The notes below the pieces were generated by a model. The model was not told the origin of the DNA, did no database searches, and was given only the letters and a program-made list of their open reading frames with translations. A program made the position numbers and the translations under genes. A stretch of 64,000 nucleotides of DNA from Oculina patagonica (lineage: Eukaryota): contig NC_135769.1 in assembly GCF_052425735.1 (NCBI RefSeq), positions 9,176,001 to 9,240,000 on the forward strand, given 5' to 3'. Shown one piece after another: positions 50,920-64,000 of the stretch (the first letter of the stretch is position 1; each line of letters begins with the position of its first letter).

Positions 50920-51598
50920 AGGGACTGTGTCACGGCTGAGATAAGTTTCTTTTGTTAAGTTTTGCCAAATACTCGCTATGAAACTTAATGTTTGCAAAGA
51001 AATTTCTTCTATGGATCTAAATGGCAAAACCGCAGCTTCATTGCAACCAAAATGTGTCTCCGGGGCGTTATATTTTGTAGTTACAAGCAAAGGACATTAC
51101 CTTTGGAAACTGTTCAGCCCAACAAGATCAGGCAAAAACCCATATCGCAATCCGTTTCAATCTTCGTCACTTTTGGCCATCCGTACCTTCTTTTGTATTT
51201 GCAGTGTTTTTTAAATGTTCCTTGTGTGTTAACTCTGACTTTATTTTGTGTGTTAATCAGAAGCATATAAATGCTGTTACGCTGTGTCTGTAATGCTGTA
51301 ACGCTCGCTTTCATATTCTGCACAAAAGATGCCCGCTCCCATTCTCTGTTTTGAGGTTATTTAGATAAGTTACAAAACATTACCTTTGGAAACTGTTCAG
51401 CCCAACAAGATCAGGCAAAAACCCATATCGCAATCCGTTTCAATCTTCGTCACTTTTGGCCATCCGTACCTTCTTTTGTATTTGCAGTGTTTTTTAAATG
51501 TTTCTTCACTGTTTGAAGGGTTTATTTTTTAATATTTTACCGAATTTGAAGGTCATTTCCCATGCCTATATTTGGCTTAAAACCGTGACACAGTCCCT
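50920..51598. mobile_element. Kolobok-like non-autonomous element
   Basis: TTAA TSD (50916-9, 51599-602); perfect TIR AGGGACTGTGTCACGG; interior contains a duplication. Confidence 0.8.
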
Positions 51599-52380
51599 TT
51601 AACCAAATGCTGTCACGTGTGTGAATTTTTTGTAACGTTCTGTTAATGTCTCAAGAGAATGTTTAGAAGTATTCAAGGCATGCTTGTAAGGTGTCTTTAG
51701 GGGCTAGTAGACTATTTAAGGTTTGATAAGTTGTGCAAGGGCCATTCGTGGCATCTCTGTCAACTCTGACTTTATTTTGTGTGTTTAATCAGAAGCTATA
51801 TAAATGCTGTTACCGAATTTGAAGGTCATTTCCCATGCCTAAATTTGGCTTAAAACCGTGACACAGTCCCATTAACCAAATCTTCACGGTGTAATTTTTT
51901 TAACGTTCTTTAATCTCTAAAATAGAAGTATTCAAGGCATGCTTGTAAGGTGTCTCTAGGGGCTAGTAGACTATTTAAGGTTTGTTAAGTTGTGCAAGGG
52001 CCATTCGTGGCATCTCTGTCAACTCTGACTTTATTTTGTGTGTTTAATCAGAAGCTATATAAATGCTGTTACCGAATTTGAAGGTCATTTCCCATGCCTA
52101 GAAGTATTCAAGGCATGCTTGTAAGGTGTATCTAGGGGCTAGTAGACTATTTAAGGTTTGTTAAGTTGTGCAAGGGCCATTCGTGGCATCTCTGTCAACT
52201 CTGACTTTATTTTGTGTGTTTAAACTCTGACTTTATTTTGTGTGTTTAATCAGAAGCTATATAAATGCTGTTACGCTGTGTCTGTAATGCTGTAACGCTC
52301 GCTTTCATATTCTGCATCAATAAATTAGATGCCCGCTCCCATTCTCTGTTTTGAGGTTATTTAGATAAGTTACAAAATAT
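51095..52380. repeat. Patchwork of local direct duplications (2-5 copies of 30-200 bp blocks)
   Basis: 51095-51219 = 51378-51502; 51222-51377 = 52214-52377; the block TAGAAGTATTCAAGG...CTCTGACTTTATTTTG occurs three times; the element's right end is repeated at 51811-51875. Confidence 0.9.
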
Positions 52381-54760
52381 TTTATAATCGTTTCGGTGTG
52401 ATTAAAGTATAAGTCGTTTGTTTTTCGTTTGTTTGTTTTACAAAACGAAAACCTATCTTTCTAGAACACTTATGGTCATTTATATTTTCACCCCTGAGGC
52501 TAAAGTGTGGGGGTTATATCCTGAACGGAAATGCATGCATCAAGAGTGCTTCTTCTGTGACGTGCAAGACCGCTTCTCTGGCCAAAGCGGCTCCTTTCTC
52601 TCTTCACTACGAGTGCTTTCTGACATGAAAAGAACAAAAATAAAATGTTCATTTAACGGCAGGATGCTAACCTGACCATGGGGTACACTTGTCATATGAG
52701 AGGTTTCTTTTACTGGATATGCGTAATAGAAAGGGCTATCGATGCTTAGGTCGACCAGAAATTTGTAGGGTCTGTGAGATGTTCGGCTGTTTTCGGTTTC
52801 TACTCGTGTAACAGAGTTTATTCTTCTTCCAGCGATAAGGCCAACACTTATCGTTGCTAATACGCCTCATGATGAAAGAAGACGTTGAGATTTCATCGCT
52901 ATTTTCTTAACAGATGTGCCTGACCTCGGCGACTCAGTCTGGCGTTGAGGAATAACTAAATGCAAACCGACCAAACGAGCTGCGAAGAACAAAGCCTTCC
53001 TTTATTTCTTCTGTCAAACAGATGTACAAATCCCGGATGAAGAATATCAGGAGACTTCAACAGGTCAGAGCAGAATTACTTTGAGTTTTTACGCAGACAT
53101 GCCATGTATGTAACTCATTTCCGGTTGGGTATACTTCATCCAGCTTAATCTGTTTTGGTCTTTGAAGTGTTATCACAGCCCCTTCAACACGAAGCAGAAG
53201 TGATATACTGCAGTAATTAATTAGTAATTAGAAATTCAGGAAAATCTCTAAGCCCCTAATTAACTAACAATTTTAAGCAATGCTAAAACAATTAACATTG
53301 GTTTTCTGGATTTTCTAGAATCTGACAATCAAATCCCACAAGGAAATCTGTTTGGGGGTAAGGAGGAAAGGGGACTTGGGGTGGGGGGTGGGGGAGCTGG
53401 AGGATTTAAATTGACACTTAAGACATTCTCATTTATTTAAGAGGAATGTTTTTGAGTTTTTTATGGATAATTAGAATATTTGTATATTTGTATTTGTATT
53501 TGTATATTTGTAGGTATATTTTAAATTTTAATAATTGGGGACATCCCTAGTATGGTGTCATTGCGCTTTTGGTTGTCTCCTTCTCCACAGCTTTTTGTTT
53601 GTTTTGATTGATTGTTTGTCGTTTGTTTGTTTTTTAGGTAGTTACCTTAATTATTTATAATGTATTTGTATTGTATGGAGTAAATCGTAATAAATAAATC
53701 TCTTTGGTAGTGAATATTTTTAGCATAATCTACTAAATACACTTCAAACAAAAAAGAGTTGTGTTAGGTTTACTAAGCAATTTGCTGGCACGCGCCAAAA
53801 ACAACTGGTTCCAATTCACGATTAATCAATACAATTGTCAAGACATTTGCTGTAAAATCCGCAAACCTCGAACCTCCCAGGTTGACCATCACCCTCGAAG
53901 TTTTTGTGGTCGATTTCGCGCTGTGAGCATATCATAACACACGTCATTTTATGTCTGGTCGTGATAAAGAGTACCATTATTGTCGCGTGTTATATTTTGT
54001 TTAACCTTCGATCTCCCTAGTTCTCTATTTCCTCATATTACGTTTCAAAGCTTCTCTTCTTGCTCGACATTTGCCGCTGAAATAATGTGTGTTATTAAAA
54101 AAATAAACTTTTGTATTTTCACTTAAATCGCCTTTCCATGGGCAATACCAAACCAATTATGTATACAATGTACCTTTCTCTACATACCAAATGTGGATAC
54201 CGATACAGTAAGAAGGCTGCCCACGATTTGATAAATAACCTATCGTTTTCATGTATCATTCCAAACTTTTTCAATTTTCGAGTTATACCTTAAAAATAAT
54301 AGCAATGGAAAAGAAAAAGAGTAATGTCTGTGAAATACTTAATACAGACAAAACCTTATTAATTTTGAGACGTTGTTTGTAGTTGTGGTCAGTAAAAAAC
54401 TACCAATGAAAGTAACTAGGCCTAACTAAGGGAGAGACGACCACTGGCTCAACAAAAATAAAAAAATAGTTCCATCGCTTGTCCGCGAAAATTCTTTGAC
54501 TGTCCAAACGCAACGAAACCGAACTTTCACTTCCAAACTTCCAAACGCATTTGCAGTTACGCTTTACTGTTCACTGCTTAAAAGTTTTCTTGTACTAATT
54601 ATTTGCAGGTAGTCATTTGAGGAATATAAATAAAATGTTCATTATGGAACGCAAAATTAAAACTACATTAGGAAGCTCACCTAACTAAAAATGCTGTGAA
54701 CTTCGTTGGCTGTTATTTCTGGAGATGAAAGTGTTACCTTGCCCATTTCTGTCTGTGCTG

Positions 54761-54832
54761 CTTGTTTGTTTGTTTGTTTGTTTGTTTGTTTGTTTATGTG
54801 TTTACTTGTTTGTATGTTTGTTTGTTTGTGTG
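54761..54832. repeat. (TTTG)n microsatellite
   Basis: Direct inspection. Confidence 0.85.
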
Positions 54833-57800
54833 TGCTTCTTTGATTGCTTTGTTTTTCCAACTCAGCAAATTACGAGACGCTTGTCACAAACATTGCAGTA
54901 CAGAGGTCGAACACAACGACAAAGGCAAAACTGAAAAAAAAAAACTGTGTCAAAACTGAACCTAACCTAAGAAACCCCTTTTAGTAAGACTTTACTGACA
55001 ATGACAAGGAAATGAGAAACGTAAGCGGAATAAAGATGGTTAATAACAGAGAAGGTCGAGACAGAACTTGAAAAAATGCAGACTAAATATTTTACAGATG
55101 TACGATCTGTGACGTATTTGCCTTAAACGCTTCGACCTCATACATAGCTTCTAATAGATTTGTAATTCGACGCACCTCCCCCAGCTCGTCAGGAAGTGCG
55201 ACGTATCACTTTACCAGCAGTTATTTATCACCCATTCATCGTGTCAGCACGTTCATGCTACAAGTAGGTATTGATAGGGCACTGATAGAACGAACGGAAA
55301 CAGACGCGAAATTTTAACCGAACCACGGCTTACGTTTGAAGGTGGCTGGTTTATCCTTTAGATAAACAATTTTAAGTTGTTCTCTCCTTTTTCTTTCATT
55401 CTTCACCTTTTAGAGAAAAATTAACTTGGGTCCTCCTGGCCTGGTAATAAAGGGTCCAAGACAGAAATTTGGAAGCTAATTAAGACAAGAAAATCGTGGA
55501 ATTTTTTCAGTTACATGAAAAAATTACGATACATTTGAATAGTATATATTCTAGATATTATTATTTTTTTATGTCAAACTGCTCTTTTCTTGGAGAGAGG
55601 AGTCCATACTTCTCACAATTCGACATGCGAGAATTATCTTTCGCGTTCAGCGAGTTTTCATTCGGACATTCTACTGTGTGGCGAGGCTTTTGTTGTCATA
55701 TCTCTTATCCTTTTTTTTCTTAGCCAGCCGAATGCTTCATCGGCGAGGTACTCTGGGCATTGATCATTAAAAGCGTCATGCTTCTCTTTTGACATTGTTA
55801 TTGTTTTCCAATGGTATTCCACAAAGGTTTATGAAGAGATAAGCATGTGTGGTCTTTTAATCGAAGACAGAAGGAGAGAACGCTTTTTCATAAAAGATAC
55901 ACTACCATTTGGCTTTTAAATAAATCATTCAAATGATACCAAAATCCTGTTAGAGATACACCCAATGAAGGACTCTCTGCAAAGAGAATTGACAACGAGA
56001 ACAAATCAATTTTTAAAAGCAAGGAAAATATAAGAGGACAACACGCTAGTTAGATTTATCCTCACGGTGTACTGGTACACAGCAGCCGTTACAAACAATT
56101 AAACCTGCAGTACACTACAGCTAACCAATGTCTCCTAAACAAAGGTGTTTCCCTTGTGCACTTGTACGAGAGGAAATGGCCACTAATAAGTTGTATTAGT
56201 AGAAGGAAAAGTTGTTGGCATAATACCTTGATTTAACATTTGAATCAGGTGTACTCGTCTGTGATAACTGCGATTTAACTGAACATGGCTGGTGAATTTT
56301 CGATCTTTTGAACTGAACCTTGTTGCTTTTAAATGCACAGCTGAACCTGTAGCAGTCTTGCCAGTGGTGAAAAGCAACTTAATTGATTTGCTGAGATTGA
56401 ACAATGCTACTAATCCTTTACAGTCAATTGTCGGATAAGCCATGTTTTGTGGCTCGTAGAATAGCCCTTTTGACTCTGCACGTGGCAGTATAGTCACAAC
56501 AATTTTAGCGGCATTGTTGAAAAACACTTCGATGAAAATATCATCTTTGTCTGTGATAATTGCTCACTGCCAAAAGCCGTATATTGCCAACTGAGATTTA
56601 TTTCTTGAAACAGCTTTCCCATTGTAATGTTAAAACGTTAATTAAAGTTGTTTTGAGTGTTTCTTTGTTTCTGCTGGCCCATAGATGTGTCTGTGATTAC
56701 TGCGGCCCTCTTTTTGCGACACTCCGTGCTTAGTTTTCCATGTGAGTTTACCTCTTCGACAAAGACTTAGAAAATGCAGATTTGCAAAATAAAAACACAC
56801 CTGAAATAAGAATGGCCATGTTTTTATTGGGCTATTATTATTGCTTATATCCAAACTGATTGCTTTTAATCAGAAGTTCAGAAGTATTCACATATGTTAC
56901 TTTTTCCTTTCCTCTTTAAATTGGTTACCTTGTAAAGAAGTTTTATATGCTTATGTTACAACGTACAGTGAATTGCAGAACTGAACATGGAGTGTAGAAC
57001 AAGACTTATTCTATAAAAATAAGAGCGAAATATAGCACACGCACAACTTGAAGCTAATCTACCCTTGTTTTTCTTATTCAGTAGCTTGAACAGTTGTATT
57101 TTCGTTGTCCTTGGTTTCAGTCGAGTTCTCTGAAGATTGGGTTGGTCGCTTAGAAACGATAAATATTCATACAAGGCAAGCAATTGGTACAAACAGACAA
57201 TGATGGAAATAAAACAGCAATAAGTGGCCGAGTAATGAATGCTTAAAACAGACAAAGGGAAAATATCATGTGTGCTTTCTTCTTGAAATTTCCGCTTATG
57301 AAAGGAACTGATAAAAAACATTTTGATGTAGAAATCAAAACAACACAAACTGTCTACGTTTTGTCCTATTTGTGACCACAAATGTTGAATTTTATTCAGT
57401 TTAATCATTTTATTAAGTTTTCCTCGATGTCCAGCTACCGATTAACATAGATCACAAGCCAAAATAATTTTTCGCAAAACTACAACAAAAGCATTTAGCG
57501 TTCGTGAGCACACAATTATTGTGATCTTTCGATCCAATAAGTTTTCTTTTCTTTTCTTTTCTTATCTTTTCTTTTCTTTTCTATTCTCGTACTTTATCAC
57601 ACTCGAGTTTTGACTATTTTTAAAATTGTTCTTTTAGGTCGATGGTGATACATGTGTTTAGTTAAAAACTGACAGCTCACGCTAATATTAAATGTCCACA
57701 GAACCTTCGTATAAACCTGGCGTGCTTACATAAAAGGCAAATCACTTTAGCAGCAAGGCCGCCACAAATGATAACATCTTTTTATAGCGATTAAGCAAAA

Positions 57801-60800
57801 TATAAGTACTTTTATTATTTTTCAGATGTTGTTCTTTGTTAAATTGCATGATTTATCGGTCCACATTGTTATTCAAAGTGCGCTCGCTAGAGCAAGGAAT
57901 TGAACCTGACTATATTATTTCGGACTATTATTTCATCGCCCTTTTAGGAACGACTAGAAATTTCTCAACAAGCTCTACCACCCATGCCCGTTCTCCTGAT
58001 AAATTTCGTGACCAATCAGTTTTCAAGCACTCAAATAAATCCCTTTAAGATGTTTACATTGGTTTTAAGTCGATAATCAAAATTAACAAAGATGCGGTTA
58101 AGCGAGATCGTTATCTAAGGAAGGTCCACCGTCATTTCGCTGCCGACGGTTTTGCTATTCGCATTTAACTCTTTCACGCAACTGTTCCGTCAATTGAACG
58201 ATCACGAAAGCTTTAGTGGCAACCCATGATCTTTTCGTGACTCGATGTTGCTTTCTCTGCGTCCGTTCTGTGGTTGTATTCACAATGTTTACATGTGCTG
58301 TAGCGCCTAGCTCCACCTTCACAGTTACCGACACAGTATAGCCGCAGTTAATCTTAAATCAAGCATGGCTTCTCGGAGGGGACACAGCGGGACGTCGACA
58401 CATTTCAAAAGGCCCAACACAAAGGCGATTTCGAATGCTTCTAGGGTTGTGATTAGCTATTGTACCCCGCTGCGGGACGTAGAACGATTAAATATTACGT
58501 CTAAAATCCGGCGTGGGATTCTAACCAACTCCTCCGGAACATCTTGCTAAGCCCGCCTAAACGTTTGTGCATTTGTCGCCGGAGAGAAGTTGACTTTTTA
58601 ACTTGGGCTTCCGGCTGTTTCACGGTTTTGGATTGAAACAAATAAACGTCTAGAGATTCTCTTGAGAACATGCAATTTAATTATGTTTCTACTAGCGTAG
58701 ACAAAAGTTTTTGTTTGGGGTCCACCAAAAATTACAGATCAACCATGGTGAGTTAGGTCACATTAAAAATATTTATTGAAATTTACTCTTTTCTTGCTTC
58801 AAGCAAACTTCAAATTGATCATTCATTCGCAGCTAAACAGGAAAAATAGAGCAGTGTTTTTGTCTCGGCAAACTAATAAAAATTTTACTAATTCAGCGAC
58901 AGAAACCTGTCAAACTATTTAGTGTAAGTGTAGAGGAGGAGAACCTCATTCAGTCAGGTTGTCGGGAGAAAACTCACGCGAGATATGACCTCAAATCTAC
59001 GCAAGAATACATCACCCTGTTTTTCGCACGACACCCAGTTGCTTTGCTTGATGGCCAATGCTAACAAACAGACATGTTTCCTTCTACAAACGCCAAATAC
59101 AATGCTTCGAATTGGCTTTACTGTTCCATAACAATTTATGCCGTCGCGAAGTACAACCCGAAAAATGTAGCAACGAAGATCTTGGTCTGCCATGTATTTT
59201 CATTTGTTCCAAATACTGATGGAAGTTTTATGTTCTGTAAACTACAAGGTCTGTTCTACGAGTGTAGCATGTAGTGTTTACTAGCATGTAAATCGTTGCA
59301 GGTCGATAAAGCGATTACGAGGTAACAGTTATTCATTATTTTAGGTATCTCAGTGATAGCAAAAAAACACAAGCCTACATGTACCTCAAGTTTTCGTTGA
59401 ATCTACTCGCGAAAATGCAACAACTTTGTGTCTTTCAATACCCACTTAACTCTACCAGAGCACTAGGCGAGAAAAAATCCTTTCTTTCACGCGAAAAGAT
59501 CCGCTTGAAACAACTAGAACAGAGTGATCCCGTATTCGTTTATACAACGGTACCTAATCCTTTTAGTTTTACTTCGAAATTTGAATGAGTTTCGTTTATA
59601 TTTTAGATAAAGATGTTATATTTGTTTCAACTGGCCGCCAGAATTTTCTTTAAAACATTATGCGTTTGCCCGAAATAAAATACAGTGTTCTATTTGAGAT
59701 ACAATGTGGTCTCTAAAACCTAAGTTAAACGTTTTAGTTATTTTTTTGTACAATTAAATCAGTTTTATTCCCTTCTCCGCTTTTTCGAATAAAGCTGAAG
59801 TGGCTAGGGATTTCAATTGACGGTAATATTCCTTCCTAGACGAAAAAAAACTTTTAATCTTCGAGGGGGCAGAAAGCTCGCTGGGGTCCTTTTCAGCTCA
59901 AAAAAATTGCAAACAACAGAAGCAAAACCTCCCAGCTGTTTCCTCCCACTCGCCTTTCCGAAGGGAATCTTTTTTTTTTTAATTTTAAGTTTCATAAAAA
60001 AAACTCAAGCCCTTCCAATTCTTATTTCTGAGTCGAATTCCTTGTTTCTTTAGGAAGATGTCGTTTGTTCTATATAAACTTAGCGACAAAGAAACTTTGA
60101 AATAATTATTTACAATCTAAAATAAATTCTGGCAGGGATTGTAAAAAGCGATTTGGGGCAAGCTGGTATAATGGGGGAATTTTCAAGTTTTTTTTATGAC
60201 GGCTAAAAAGTAAAGGCGCAGAGATAATGATTCGATCTAGAAGATACCGCGGGAGTTGTTATGCTTGAAAAACTGTAATGAAACAAACTCTTCGAAGAGC
60301 TGCCGTTCACTGAAATTACTGAGTAATTTTTATAGCACTGTAATGGTGGAGTAAATGGGATTTAACGCTGAAGTTTTTCCTGTTTTTTGAAATCTTTAAT
60401 TTAAGGAAATGTCCCTACGTAAATCTTTATGGAAGAATCAAGAAAGACAATAAACGAGGGAAGAAGGCCAAGGTGGCCATGTTTAATTAATACCGGTTCA
60501 GGTTTTCACTCATTACCGTCTCTTAACAATCATCACTTTTAGCTGAAAAGAAAGATAAGAATCTTGTTAACACGGAAGGAAGATAAAAATTCTTCAATAG
60601 CTATTTTGGCGATAAACGGAATTTTATTTTTACATGTTAAGAAAATAAATTAAAAGGTTTTGTTTTTCCAAAATGGAAATCATCGCACAATGCAAACTGT
60701 CTTTAAGGCCGAGCGTTGCTTGTTGCGCGGTGAAACGGGAAATAGAACGAACAGCTTTGCCTTCCGCAGCAACGATTTTACTGCCGCTAAAATATGATTT

Positions 60801-61598
60801 TCGTAAAAACTGGATCCTGTGCTAGCAGTTTAAAGTTTTAAAGCTGTTACTTAACGCCACATTTTCCGTGACTCGTCGAGAAAAGTTTACTGTTAGCGGT
60901 AACCGGTGCGAACAGCATGGCTTCCAAATGTTTGTAATTGCTATGTTCTGCCTCACGAAACGCGACTTCTTTCGAGAATCGAATTGCTTGCTAATCCTTC
61001 CGTTCTATAGTACAACATCTTCTGGGGAAAAAACCCTTCCTTTCTTAAGCTTAATTTTGTCCGTAAATTTTATATCGGGGGCGACATAACCAAGGTCTTG
61101 CATGTGGTGTTCAATGATTGTTTTGTCTTTTGCAACCAACTGATTTACAGATTTCGTTGCGTTTGCTACAACGTAGGTTAAGTGATTGCATCGTATCCTG
61201 CCAGCTTCAGTATCTGTACATTTTCTCAAATTTACCCGATTATCTGCCGTTTGTAAAAGGAAACATATATTTACATGAAGAATAGAGAACCTGTACAAGC
61301 AATAAAATTTAGCTTGGGGAAACACTTTACAAGCACTTCTCTTTTATCGTCTTATTTTAAAATTAAAAAGTGCGTCCTTAATTTACAACTGTGTAAATCG
61401 TTCACAACTGTTTCTACGGATGAAACTACTGGATTAAGAACTAACTCACATTACTTAGTTAAGCCTATTGCCTAAAACGTTTTTCTTTTCATAAAATCAT
61501 CTTTAAAGTTCTACCTAACATGTGCATTACTAAATATCCAACACGGTCCTTCGATTCTGCAAATATCCAACATTTCGACTCGCTTGCAAAACCTGCAG

Positions 61599-63011
61599 CT
61601 AGCAAGAGTACCATTCAGAATTGTTCTCCGCGTTTGATCGCGGCCTTGGCGAAGGAGACCTGGCCGAAGGCTTTATCGGACTGTCCCTGTCCGAGCTTAT
61701 ACTGTCCCGCTGTCCGTTAGTTTGCGAAATAGGCGGCGACAACGGTCTAAGTCCACCGGTCTCGTGAAGTTTCATGTGTTTTCTGAGCGAACTTGGGTGC
61801 GTATAGCTTTTGTTGCACCCTTCGATTTTACAGATGTACGGTTTGTCTGAGGTATGGACGTGCGAGTGCTTTTTCCTGTCGCTGGAGTTGGCGAAGCGGC
61901 GATCGCAACCAGGGAACTCGCACTCGAACGGTTTCTCGCCCGTGTGAGTTCGTTTGTGAATTTTTAGATTTTCTGATCTAGCAAACAGTTTTCCGCATCC
62001 AGAAAAAGGACAGGGGAAAGGTTTCTCCCCGGTGTGGACTCGAATGTGGTTTACCAGCTTGTATTTCGCCTTGAAGGGCTGCCCGCTCCTCCCACACTCT
62101 TGCCAGTAGCAGACGTGCAAGTTGGAATCGTTGATGCTCACATGTTCGTCGGAGATGTGCGATACTAAATCGGGCATCATGGTGAACTGTTTACCACAGG
62201 GCTTCCGTTTGCCTTGCACTGGGTTCTGATCTACCCAAAGGCAGGTTACAATTTGATTTGTGGGCTGTTTCATCAACGGAAGGTGATACATTCCGGGTCC
62301 AGTTGGCCCTCCATAACCTGGTGGGCCATGATCCAAGAAAGGGCTTCCAAGACCACCTTGTGCAAAACGATCGCTTCGGGAGTAAAAGTCTCCTCGATAT
62401 CTGAGCTGATTATTGAGTACTTGAGGCATTCCATGGTGTGGAGAGGCTGCCTCGTGTCCCGGTGTAAGCGCTCCGTAGTGTATATGTGGATTGCTCGTGA
62501 CATCTAAGCCTTTATGCGTCACTGCGTGATGGTAGTTTATGTTGTTTCCGTGAATTGCAGCGGTTGGTGGCGAACTGAACATGTTGTGCCTATGTGAGTA
62601 ATTGGGTGTGTTGGAAGCGATGGGGTCGTGAAGAGCTAGCGAGTGGGAACTCGCTATGTTGGCAGAACCTAAGTGCGAGTCCTGGTGGTGGATAAACTCG
62701 TGAGGTGGGAAGCCTTGAGAAGAAACATGACGATACGCAGGAAACGAGTGGTACAGAGTCTGCTGCGAAGACATCCCGGGCGGTTTTTGATCGAAGGCGA
62801 CAGCTTCTGCTTGTGCTCTGTGAGCCGCAGCAAATCTGATCGACGAAAGATGGCTTCCTGAGTCCAATAAGTGATTCATTCCTAACGGCGGCTCCTTCTT
62901 GTGTTCGTTGAAGCCCGCGGTCGAGGTGGTTGGCAAGTTGTTCGCGGACGAGGACCGAAGAGCTGCACCCTCAAACGGCAATGAATAGCGTTTGGCGAAG
63001 CCGCCGTCCAT
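61599..63011 (-). CDS. Zic: Zic family C2H2 zinc-finger transcription factor, 470 aa, intronless (paralogue 2)
   Basis: Five Zic fingers nearly identical to paralogue 1 in ZF2-5 ([32 protein letters not shown]...[14 protein letters not shown]); ZF-NC-like [14 protein letters not shown]; His-rich N-terminus; C-terminal NNSEWY. Confidence 0.97.
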   Translation of the reverse strand: MDGGFAKRYSLPFEGAALRSSSANNLPTTSTAGFNEHKKEPPLGMNHLLDSGSHLSSIRFAAAHRAQAEAVAFDQKPPGMSSQQTLYHSFPAYRHVSSQGFPPHEFIHHQDSHLGSANIASSHSLALHDPIASNTPNYSHRHNMFSSPPTAAIHGNNINYHHAVTHKGLDVTSNPHIHYGALTPGHEAASPHHGMPQVLNNQLRYRGDFYSRSDRFAQGGLGSPFLDHGPPGYGGPTGPGMYHLPLMKQPTNQIVTCLWVDQNPVQGKRKPCGKQFTMMPDLVSHISDEHVSINDSNLHVCYWQECGRSGQPFKAKYKLVNHIRVHTGEKPFPCPFSGCGKLFARSENLKIHKRTHTGEKPFECEFPGCDRRFANSSDRKKHSHVHTSDKPYICKIEGCNKSYTHPSSLRKHMKLHETGGLRPLSPPISQTNGQRDSISSDRDSPIKPSARSPSPRPRSNAENNSEWYSC

Positions 63012-64000
63012 TTCAAGGTTTCCCCGGGTATTGAATATGGAACAGCTCTAGGCAAGTGTAAATAATAACGAGGCAAACTATTATTAAAGAGAGACTACGC
63101 GAAAGTTTTGAGTGTAGTAGCATATGTTACACCGTTAAAACACAGCGTGAGACTCCTATGACAATTGTCCTGCCAAGAAAGCACGCATGAGCAGTAAAAT
63201 GATCCCGGTGAATATTATGATTAGTCGTCTCCCGCAGAGCTGTGGTTATGTTCCTAATTGTTTGATAGCTTCTGAAAACAACACTATATTTGGCATTCCT
63301 TTTCTTATTGACTAACACAGGGTACAAACCATTTCACAAGATTTGAGCGCCAGATCACGCATAAGATAACAGACTCTTCCTCGGAAGTGGGGCGCGTGCT
63401 TTCCCTGAGAATTTAACGCCTGTCCACTCCTCTTTTTTCGTAGAGCATCGCGAATTGATGTTCTTGTTCAGTAACAGCTACGTTGCAGGTGAGGTTGCCG
63501 TGATAGACATATAGGGAGGGACACAATTTGAAAAGCTCAGCAGGAAAGAATAAACACCTTGAAGCGATGTCACTCAACGTAGCTATTGCTGAGCTTCTTG
63601 ATGAAAGTTCCCCTTGAAAACGACAGAGGGCGCCCCTAAGTCCGCCAAACTCGACGGCTTTAGCTTATCATTACGGGATTTGAAGGCGGTTTTTTAGTTT
63701 CTTGCATAAACCACTCTCGCGCTCTATCTATAGTGTTTGTCGCGATAAATTTATTAACACTCCGAGAGACACAATACTATTGACAAAAATCGCCAGGAGA
63801 CGCCACAGTTTGGCTTTGCTTTACTAGCGACGTGCGATTCACGCCAATTCATCATTCAATTGTCCGTGAAGTTCTCAAGCAGACTGTGCAGGGATGGCTA
63901 ATCATTCACGATAGCTCACGATATATGTTTCTCCTTTCAACTGCGGAAGCTAGTAACCACTATAAAAAAGTCATTTATAAATATGTCAGATGTTATCTCT

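Noticed and set aside
61005-61325. 106-aa minus-strand ORF just downstream of Zic paralogue 2
   Set aside because: Non-ATG start, lies in the probable 3' UTR, no recognisable domain or convincing splice link
217-63327. Remaining 60-150 aa ORFs in the track
   Set aside because: Mostly alternative start codons, low complexity or inside repeats; expected by chance in 64 kb

Overview
Eukaryotic, AT-rich animal genomic DNA. It is most likely an anthozoan cnidarian (stony coral-like), inferred from the intronless Zic genes and the repeat families. Genes: (1) an intronless class C GPCR (CaSR/mGluR/T1R-like, 5254-7797, +) whose ~847-codon frame is broken by a single in-frame TGA between the Venus-flytrap and Cys-rich domains; (2) a U6 snRNA gene (19956-20065) with a properly spaced PSE, TATA box and T-run terminator; (3) two intronless Zic transcription-factor paralogues in tandem on the minus strand (35531-36850 and 61599-63011). 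Positions ~1-30.6 kb and ~41-52 kb are crowded with non-autonomous DNA transposons (PIF/Harbinger-, Tc2-, hAT-, piggyBac-, Kolobok-like and 9-bp-TSD elements), tRNA-derived SINEs, LINE fragments and a decayed Sola2-like transposase. The flanks of the two Zic genes are almost free of recognisable insertions. The most notable structure is a set of four sequence-divergent elements at 8.3-16.3 kb sharing an A-loop-A'-B...B' layout, in which the internal A'|B junction is the reverse complement of the junction formed by joining the two ends. This suggests a circle-forming, tyrosine-recombinase-type or Helentron-type mobile system. There is a 142-N assembly gap (44773-44914) and at least two stretches that look like assembly noise. 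All family assignments are by eye and from memory; no database searches were run.
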